The position numbers were made by a program, and so were the translations under genes. Below, one piece after another: positions 55,027 to 64,000 of a stretch of DNA of 64,000 nt; position 1 is the first letter of the stretch, and each line of letters begins with the position of its first letter. The notes below the pieces were generated by a model that saw nothing but the letters and a program-made list of their open reading frames with translations, was not told the origin of the DNA and did no database searches. The stretch lies in the NCBI GenBank assembly GCA_045837725.1, contig JBEWZL010000209.1, positions 558,001 through 622,000 on the forward strand. The letters run 5' to 3'. This stretch comes from Vermamoeba vermiformis (lineage: Eukaryota).

Positions 55027-57474
55027 ATGGCTGACGCTCGCAAAGAGATCTTCACTTCTATCGTTAACTCCACTCCTCGTCGTGTGGAGGAAAAACACTG
55101 GAACAACGCTAAGGAGTTCATCGAAACATTCGCCGACGAAGTGTTGACCGATGAGATCCTTCGCAACTTGGTTCCCGACTCCACTTGGAAAGCGTACCAA
55201 AAGGCTCGCCAAGATCCTCACCACGACATCGACGCTCAAACCGCGGACCAAATCGCCAACGCTATGAAGGAGTGGGCCTTGTCTAAAGGTAAGAATTTAA
55301 CGTTAGTTTTAGCTTTATTTCGGACAAAATCGATATCCATTTTTAGTGATCCAGATTTTAATATTAAAATTTAATTAGGTGCGACTCACTTTACTCACTG
55401 GTTCCACCCCATGACTGGCGCTACTGGCGAGAAGCATGACTCTTTCTTGAACTACTCTCGCAAGGACAACAAATTCATCATCGAGTTCAGCGGCCGCGAG
55501 TTGATTAAGGGCGAGCCCGACGCCTCTTCATTCCCTAGCGGTAAGTGCTTTATCGGGATTCAACCGTTTCACAATCTGCGACCTTGAGATTTGTTTACTA
55601 AGTATACTAAATTAGGTGGTGTACGCGTTACCTTCGAAGCCCGTGGCTACACTGTTTGGGACATGAGCTCTCCTGCCTTCATTAAACGCGGTGCCAACGG
55701 ATCCAGTCTCTACATCCCAACCGCTTTCTGCTCCTGGTAAGTTTCTGGATCGATCTACGTTTCGCATCTAAAAATGGAAACTTACAATTGCTGCAGGACT
55801 GGTGAAGCCCTTGATACTAAGACTCCTCTCTTGAGAGCCGAAGAAGCCATCTCTCGCGAATGCACTCGCTTGTTGAAGGTTATCGGAGAAACGGATGTGG
55901 ACTTCGTCCGCACTACTATGGGTCCGGAGCAAGAATTCTTCCTTATTGATCGTGGCTACTATCTTAGCAGACCCGACCTTGTTGCCGTTGGTCGTACCGT
56001 CGTTGGTGCCCCACCAAACAAGGGTCAAGAGAGCGAATATCACTATTTTGGCGCTATCGACCAAAGAGTATTGGCATGCTTGCAAGAGCTCGAAATTGAG
56101 TTGTGGCGATTGGGCATCCCCGTCAAGACTCGCCACAATGAGGTCGCTCCTTCACAATTCGAGATGGCTCCAATTTACGAAGGCTCGGTTATTGCCGCAG
56201 ATCACAACTTGTTGGCAATGGATGTGTTGCGCGAAGTTGCTGCTAAGCACGGACTTGCTTGCTTGTTGCACGAGAAGCCCTTCAGCTACGTTAACGGCTC
56301 TGGCAAGCACTTGAACTGGTCTCTTGAAACTAGCAAGAAGGAGAACTTGCTCGAACCTGGCGCTACTCCTCGCGACAACCAACGCTTCATTCTCTTCTTG
56401 GCCGTTATTCTCAGAGCTATTCACCTCCACGGCGAGATGCTCCGCGCTGTTATTGCAGTGCCGGGCAACACTCACAGATTGGGCGCCAACGAAGCTCCTC
56501 CAGTTATCATCTCCGCTTACTTGGGATCTGAATTGGATGCTGCTTGCAAGAGCGTTATGGCTGCTGACTCTGGTGCCGCCAACGGCAATGCTCAAAACGT
56601 TCTTCGCTTGGGCGTTTCTAACTTGCCTCCTTTGCCTCGCGATCCTTCTGACCGTAACCGCACTTCTCCTTTCGCCTTCACTGGCAACAAGTTCGAATTC
56701 CGTGCTTGCGGTTCTTCTCAAAACATCTCCTTCCCCATCACTGTGTTGAACAGCATCGTTGCCGACTCCGTTAGATACTTCGCTGACGAGATCGAGAAGC
56801 GTGTTGCATCCGGTACTGCTCGTGCTCAAGCCATCAACAATATCATCATTGAGGAGCTTAAGAAGCACTACACTGTTGTTTTCAACGGCAACGGCTACAG
56901 CGAAGAGTGGGTTGTTGAGGCCGTCAAGAGAGGTTTGCCCTTGTTGAAGACTGCCCCTGAAGCCTTGGCTGTTTGGGACAAGCCTGAGAGTCTCCGCATC
57001 TTCAAAGAACAAGGTGTTCTGAGCCACATCGAGGCCTCCTCTCGCTCGCTCATTTTGCACGAAGCCTTCTTCGAGAGCATGTTGACCGAAGCCCGCGTCA
57101 TGGTCGACCTGGCCTCCACTCGTATCACTCCTGCCGCCGTGAACTATCAAAGACAATTGGCTCGCAGCTACAACGACGCTTTGTCCGTCCTCAAGGACGA
57201 GAAGCTCTTCGTCAACCAAAAGAGCACTTTGTCTTCCGTCACTGCATTGCTGGAGAAGCTAATCCACGCTACCAACGAACTCCGCGAGATCCTCCACAAG
57301 GCTGAGGCTGATGTCAAGAAGACGGATTTCAGAAAGGCTTTGGCTGCTTGGTACGAGCCTGTCATGAGCACTATGCCCAAGGTTCGATCAGCCAGCGACG
57401 AGCTTGAGCAAATCCTCAGCGACGACCTCTGGCCTTTGGCTAAGTACAGCGAAATTTTCCTCACTAGCAAATAA
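55027..57474 (+). CDS. glnN: Glutamine synthetase type III
   Basis: Four exons. [119 protein letters not shown]. No presequence seen. Confidence 0.96.
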
Positions 57475-57900
57475 GAAGCCACGGCGTTATTATTTGTTAT
57501 TTTCCATATTTTTTTGTTTTGAAAGCGCGAAGATTTTTTTTTGATCTGTTTAATAAATTACTTACTTACTGAAGTCCACAATGCATCTCGACCCCAAATA
57601 ATGAATATTCACTACAAGCACAGTCTCATATTGATGACATTGCTAACAAGTACCGAGCTGATCAAAAACAGGTTAGTCAATTTAATAATTAAAGATACCC
57701 AAACGGTTACCTTTTTTTGCACGTGCGTGAGCTTGCTCATATTTAGATTTTTGAGAAGTGAATTCACGCGTTATAGTATATCCACCTGCTTCATCTAACG
57801 CTCCTGATATTTAAAATGTATTTATTTGCACGAAATAAATCAAAAATCATTAAATATCGTGACGTTGTCGTGTTTGTCACATTAATTGAAAAGCAAAAAA

Positions 57901-59726
57901 TTAATTTTTGTAGTTGGCAGGAATCATGTTGAGCAACTCTTGGGCGGTCTTGATGGAGCCAGCCTTGGAGGCAATGGTGCGGACAGTGTCGTAAGCAGAC
58001 TTGACACGGTTGTTATCGGCTTCGAGGACCTTCTTGTGTTCCTCCAACTCGCTGCGGAATTGCTTCAACATATCGGCAACAGCCTTAGGACCAGTACCAC
58101 CAACAGAGTTGTAAGTCATCATAACAGACTTCGGGTCGAGAACGCGTTGCAAATCTTCGCGAGAAGCCTTGATATTGTGCTTGTTGACAATGTGGTTGTA
58201 GCAGGCTTCGAAGTTCTTGAAGTTGTCCTTGGCGCGGTAGAGATCACCGACCAAGCTGCCGACAATATGGTGAGCCTCTCTGAAAGGAACGTTGTGCTTG
58301 GAGACCAAGTAGTTAGCAAGCTCGGTAGCATTGGCGAAGTTCTCAAAGGCGAGCTCGTTCATTCTCTCGGTGTTGATGGTGGTGGACTTGATGAGAGGAG
58401 GGATGACTTCAATAGCCTTGTTGATGATGTTCAAGGACTCGACGAGGATCTCCTTGTCTTCGTGGAAGTCTCTGTTGTAGCCAGAAGGCAAGCCCTTCAT
58501 CATAGTGAAGCCAGCGACCATCAAACCGTTGATGCGACCAGAGCGACCACGGAGCAACTCGAGAGCACCAGGGTTTTTCTTTTGAGGCATCATAGACGAG
58601 CCCATAGCGAAGCCGTCGTCGAGAGTGAGGGTTCTGAACTCGTAAGAAGACCAGAAGATGAATTCTTCGGCCAATCTGCTCAAGGTAGATTCCAAGATGG
58701 CGACAGCGCTGACGGTCTCGAGCATGAAGTCACGAGCAGAGGTAGCGTCCAAACCGTGAGGATGAACCTTTTGGAAGCCCATCAAACGAGTGGTGATTGT
58801 TCTGTTAATGGGGAATGAAGTGCCAGCAATAGCACCAGTGCCGAGAGGGTTTTGATCGGTAGTGTCGTACGCGCGCTTCAGACGTTCCAAGTCACGCAAC
58901 AAGATAGCGGCGTAGTGAGACAACCAGTAAGCAACAGAGATGGGTTGAGCGTGTTGAACGTGGGTGTAGCTAACCATAACTGTTTCCAGGTATTGCTGAG
59001 ATCGCTCCAAGAAAGTCTCGACGGCTTCAACAACGCGTCCTCGGAGCTCCAAGAGTCTGCGGCGAGCGTACAACTTAGAGTCCAATACGACTTGGTCGTT
59101 ACGAGAGCGGCAAGTGTGCATACGACCACCGTGATCCATGCCGATCTCCTTGATCAGACGAGCTTCGACGTTCATGTGCACGTCTTCTTGTTCGTGGCCA
59201 AGAGCCCACTTCTTATCAATCTATTTTAATTATTACGGGTAAGTAGGAGAATTTTTAAAATTAATTCATAAAAAATTAATCCAGTACTTACGAAGTCGTT
59301 TTGGAACTTTAGAAGAGCTGGCAAAATTGCGGCAGCAGCGGCAGGAGGGATAACTCCTTGAGCACCAAGCATGGTAGTATGCGCCAAGCTACCCCAGATG
59401 TCTTCAACGACCAAGTTGCTATCGACGGTGATGGATTCGGTCCATTTAAGGAGCGAAGTATCGACGTCTCTCGAGAAACGACCACCCCACAACTTGGTAG
59501 ATTTCTTCTCGCTGGCCAAAGGAGAGCTACTCCGAAAGGTATTATTAATACAGCCGTACTTAATTATCAACTATTCTTAAACTAACCTTGTGTGGAAGGA
59601 AGCCACGGGAGTTGCCTTGCGGGCCTCAGTTGCGAGGACAGGAGCAACAACGTTAGGCTTACGAGCAGCACGGGATACGGTTCTGCTAGTAGCAGAAGCG
59701 ACGCGGCGAGTGATTTGCGAAAGCAT
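57901..59726 (-). CDS. argH: Argininosuccinate-lyase-family enzyme with a mitochondrial-type presequence
   Basis: Three exons. Arg/Ser/Ala-rich leader MLSQITRRVASATSRTVSRAARK. KLWGGRF, EDVHMNVE, HTCRSRNDQV, YTHVQHAQP, GSSMMPQKKNP, GLPSGYNRDFHEDKE, PFREAHHIVG. Confidence 0.92.
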
Positions 59727-60006
59727 CTGTGTTTGTTTGGTAGATGGAGTGGATGAAACAAAAAACGAAAATCTAAACCACCAAGGTAGGCAAATTTATT
59801 AAATTTATGGTTAAAATAGTTCAACAAAAGGGCATATTCCTTTTATAGACTACTGAAATATAAATCTCCGTGGATCGCGCTCCAAAAAATGTACGCAAAG
59901 TTTTCCCAGCACGTGGCGACTTTTCCTCCGACAATAGCAACGGATAGCATCCGTTTCAGTTTATGGTTTGGTGACCACGTAGCTCATTCAATCTCACAAA
60001 AAACAA
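59727..60006. promoter_or_regulatory. Putative bidirectional promoter between the ASL-like gene and ATCase
   Basis: 280 bp between divergent ATGs. Contains AATCTCCGTGG (59863-59873), GCACGTGGC (59909-59917) and the inverted repeat AACGGAT-AGC-ATCCGTT (59939-59955). Confidence 0.6.
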
Positions 60007-61342
60007 ATGTTGAAGAACGCAATTACTAAGGGTACGACCTCCGGCATTTGTTCGTTATAAATCCCGTACTAACGTCGATTACTTTAGGAGTTCAACTCTT
60101 ATCAAGCAACAGTGCTCGCAAATCTCCTTCTTTGGTTCGGGTATGCCTGGATCCACTAAGTTTATTTTTATTTCGATTTTAAGTTTTTATTTTTAAAAAT
60201 TAGGGTCTCGCTACAGCTTCGCCTCGCGTTGCCAGCTTGAAGGGCAAGAGCATTTTGTCTCATGCTCAGTTCGACAAGAACACTTTGGACGAGCTATTCG
60301 ATGTTGCCAAGTACCTCAAGAAAGTCGTGGATGAGAAGGGCGAAACCAACGATCTCGCTGGAAAATACATGGCTGCTGTCTTTTATGAGCCATCAACACG
60401 TACTACTTCTTCTTTCCAAACCGCTATGATGCGCTTGGGCGGAAAGGTTATTGGTGGTACGTACAATTTTCATTAATCGCAGTTTATTTAAGGGACGCGT
60501 TACTAACCGTTAAATGACCTAGTGAACTCTCAAGCTTCATCTGTTGCCAAGGGTGAGACTCTTCCTGACACTATTCGTGTTATGCAAAACTACGTGGATG
60601 CGATCGTTCTGCGCCATCCTGAGATGGGAGCCGCTGCTACCGCCGCTAAATGGTCCAGAGTACCTATCCTTAACGCTGGTAATTTTAATATTATTTTTAA
60701 CGCCCAAAGACTTTTCTAACAAAGATTTTAGGTGATGGTGCTAACGAACATCCGACTCAAGCTTTGCTCGATATGTTCTGCGTCAAAGAAGAGCTCGGCA
60801 AGCTCAATGGCTTGACTGTAACCATGCTCGGTGACTTGAAGGTACGTAGCTGATGTCGGCAGTAATGTACAGTCCTTGTAACATTTATTAATGGCTTGTT
60901 TCTCGCTTAGTACGGCCGCACTGTGCACTCGATGGCACCTTTGATGGCACACTACGGCATCAAGTTCAACTTGGTCTCGCCTCCTTCATTGAAGATGCCC
61001 AGCGAATACGTTACTTTGTTGAAGAGCAAGGGCGCACAAGTCACTGAAACTGAGGACCTCGAGAGCGTGTTGAAGTCCACCGACGTGTTATATGTGACTC
61101 GTGTTCAAAAGGAGCGCTTTGCTACTGAAGAAGAGTACAAAAAGGTCAAGGGTTGCTACATCATCGACCCTGCTCTCTTGTCTCGTGCTCCCAAGAACAT
61201 GCTCGTACTTCATCCTCTGCCTCGTGTCGATGAAATCACTCCCGAAGTCGACAGCGACAGCCGTGCTATGTACTTCAAAGAGCCTCGCTATGGTATGATC
61301 ATGCGCATGGCTCTCTTGCTCTCCGTTCTCGGTGGCAAATAA
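60007..61342 (+). CDS. pyrB: Stand-alone aspartate carbamoyltransferase with a mitochondrial-type presequence
   Basis: Six exons. Leader [98 protein letters not shown]. These are ATCase-specific; OTC's SMG and HCLP motifs are absent. Confidence 0.93.
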
Positions 61343-62367
61343 GCTCAGTAGCGAATAAATGCACTTATTCATCGACGAGATTTTATTTTACGACTCTTTC
61401 ACAATAGCCACGACGAGCAAGTAGATGTGATTCTCGCGGCTTTTCAAAAAAAGCTCATCCTTATTGATAGCTGAAACGTGTTTGAATAATTTAAATTACC
61501 GCCTTTCGCTTACTAACGATAATGTAGAATGCAACATCACAAAAACAAAGTCGTGTTTGGCACCAGTCATAGTCAGTCATAAACTGTACTTGTCTCGATG
61601 TGCACTCCGCGTGCGCTATTCCATTACACTTACCTTGTCACCTCCTCCTACTTTTTCGATAACTTGTTCGTAATCAGTGACTTCTTCGAGCGTGCGCGGA
61701 ACGTAGATCTGTCAGAACACTTCATCTTCAGCTTGATTAGAAACTACTTCTTGCATCTAAGATATATTATTAAGTGTTGGAACAAATATCATTATTTGTA
61801 GTTCGACGTGGACGATAATTAAAATGGTTTAGCATAAGAAATGCGGTTAAATAAAAATTTGGATGTAGCAACGGAAGCGTCGTATGCGATAAGAGCTGAT
61901 AAACTAGTTTATCTATTAATTTTACTTATTTTCACACTTAATTAACCTGTTTACGTGTAAGTAGATTTAATTTCAGTGGATTAGAGTTCGCTCCTCATGT
62001 GACAACCAAGTTATAACTTACTTTTACTTTCTTAAATATTGAGCGAGAACGAAAAGGCGGCATTGGTTAGTTGTGGTTCTTGGTAAAGATTCAAGTTCAA
62101 AAATGATAAAACTTAATTAAATGCCGAACATAATCCGCACCACAAAGTACAATGAACCTCGAACGAATAGTCTATTCGAGAGTTACATTATTATTGCTCA
62201 CTTAGCATGGAGAAACAAAACTGCAAGATCGAGTTGCAAACGAGGTGAATAGTTTACGCTTCATTTATTTTAGGAACTACTTCGATAATCAAGTCCTTTA
62301 ATGATAAAAATCCTGGTAGATTCGATTGCTTTTAGTATTTTTAATTAATTTAATTAATAATTGATTT

Positions 62368-64000
62368 TTACATTGCTAACGAAACGATTGATAGCATTGC
62401 CACGAGAAAAACATTGCCAACTCGATTAACATCACTCGCACTAACAACTTGACGTTTGGGACACACAAACGTGGCAGTGCATTGGCCTACTTGAAGTCCT
62501 AATCGTTCAATATTGAGCTCGACGATCGCTTTGTCATTCGATACCTCAAAGTTGTTGATCGATGCCATTGGCTCACCACAGTTGTCGTCAACGTACTGAA
62601 ACGCATCGATGAGCAGCTGCGTAAAGCCTGCTTCGTTGCACGACGTGACAGGAACGTCTTGCACACACGAAGTGACGTTGATTGGTTGCGAGAAGCACAG
62701 TGGATAGCTGTAAAGGAGGTACTTCTTATAGTCGAGTTCACTGCCGACTTCTCCTACGATGACAATGTCGCTCTTGGTTCGTGCCATGTACTTCAATTGC
62801 ACTGCTTCACCGGTTCCGTCGTCGTCGACAGAAATTCTTCCTCCGAACTTCCATTCGCGAGTGCTATCACGATACATCATTACCACGCTACCGCCATACG
62901 GCCAGTCAGTTTCATTGAAGTTAATGGGGAAGTTGGGTGCCATCAAGAATGCCACGTCCTCATTGATCCACGTCGCTGTAGAAGCCCAACTGAAGTACTG
63001 ATTGAAGTATTCGAGTTCAAGACCAAGGTCCTCTGAGTGAAATTCCTGCACTACTTTCCACGTCTTATTCTTTTGGTACTCGGCCACGTACACTGTTCCG
63101 CTGGACCATTCTTGAACGGTGCCTCCGAGGTAGAGAACAGTATCGTTTCCATTGTAATATGGAAGCGTCTCTTCTACAAATGATTCATAGCTGGCAAAGT
63201 ACTTGCTGTCGAAGAACGCGCTCGTCATGAACAAACCAGACTTTCTCTTCGAGAACATCATTGGTATTTCCACTGTATAGTATTGTAAAACGTTCGCAAA
63301 TCCTTCAACAGAGGTATTTGTGAGTAAACTAACGTTATAGAAGTCAATGCCTTTCAAGGGCTGCACGAGTGTTCTGTTCCAGTGTCCGTCGAGATAACGC
63401 CACTCCTGAATTGAATCATCTCTACTAGTGTAAGAAAAAAAATAGCCCGTTAGAACGTCTTCTCCTGTAAATGCAGCATAATCGCAATATGAAATATCAG
63501 AGTCATTCCACTTGGTATTCAAGATCAGATTTCCTTCCGCATCCAAAGCGTAAAAAGCATAAAAACTTTCAGACGGTCCGAACACTCCCGTCGAGTAGTT
63601 GTACGCTGAGACGAAGATCCACTTTCCGTTTGTTGTAACAAAGTTGCGATCGTAGGAACAGATTTGAAGGTCGGGTAACAGCAGCATCTCGTAACTGTCT
63701 GCCTTCTTCTTAAAAATCAGGGTCGTTAGGTCACGATAGTTTGTAGCATTGTATCGACATGTTATTATATAATCATCAAATTGCCCTCCTCTCGGCTGTT
63801 GAAGTTTGAATTCGGATTCAGGACCAAAGACCAACTTCGGGCTCGTCACCTGACAATACTTTTATTAGTAATTTTTTTGACCATTAAATTCGACTTGCCT
63901 GAAAAGCGTTGTTTTGAACTGCTAGCGACAAAGCGAAAAGGAAAGCTAGGTAGATCTTCGGCTGTAAAGCATTACCCATTCATAGAAAGTGTTAACGGCT
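62368..64000 (-). CDS. Surface (probably GPI-anchored) glycoprotein, beta-rich/propeller-like; 5' part probably extends to or beyond the window edge
   Basis: 493-aa terminal exon with many N-x-S/T sites, a Cys-containing C-terminal region and a hydrophobic tail. Acceptor at ~63850 and an upstream exon at ~63899-64000. Confidence 0.55.

Noticed and set aside
47323-59229. Long antisense or alternative-frame ORFs over IDH, CPS, GSIII and ASL (e.g. 47323-48747, 50293-51258, 56152-57219, 57886-58818)
   Set aside because: They are shadows of strong codon bias in these genes, carry no recognisable motifs and mirror the sense frame.
60007-61342. Calling the carbamoyltransferase OTC to complete an arginine cluster
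   Set aside because: It has ATCase motifs ([21 protein letters not shown]) and lacks OTC's SMG and HCLP.
49945-61342. CPS and ATCase as fragments of one broken CAD gene
   Set aside because: They lie on opposite strands, each has its own leader and stop codon, two genes lie between them, and there is no DHOase remnant.
45604-61342. Bacterial contamination or an operon as the source of the metabolic cluster
   Set aside because: All six genes have GT-AG introns in the same style as the flanking genes, they lie in mixed orientations, and four have targeting leaders.

Overview
Gene-dense eukaryotic DNA with many short (~50-150 nt) GT-AG introns. Gene content (TKL receptor kinase, GSIII, MYCBP, WSC/C1A protease) suggests a free-living protist, possibly amoebozoan (inference). 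About 22 protein-coding genes can be assembled by hand. I found no rRNA, tRNA, CRISPR or transposase. The main feature is an uninterrupted ~16 kb, six-gene nitrogen-metabolism cluster (45.6-61.3 kb): urea transporter, bacterial-type isocitrate dehydrogenase, fused glutamine-dependent carbamoyl-phosphate synthase, glutamine synthetase III, an argininosuccinate-lyase-like enzyme and a stand-alone aspartate (not ornithine) carbamoyltransferase. Four of the six have mitochondrial-type presequences, four form two divergent pairs, and several promoter motifs are shared. This set matches neither the arginine/urea cycle nor pyrimidine synthesis, and could encode an ornithine-independent route linking carbamoyl-aspartate with urea + fumarate (hypothesis). 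Other notable items: a prodomain-less CAP-WSC-WSC-papain protease head-to-head with a membrane-anchored I29-like gene; a transporter-like/pyruvyltransferase fusion; a LEUNIG-like corepressor; a truncated P-loop NTPase between direct repeats; a single-exon gene-conversion tract; and a recurrent 12-bp palindrome. Exon structures were read by eye, so some boundaries are approximate.
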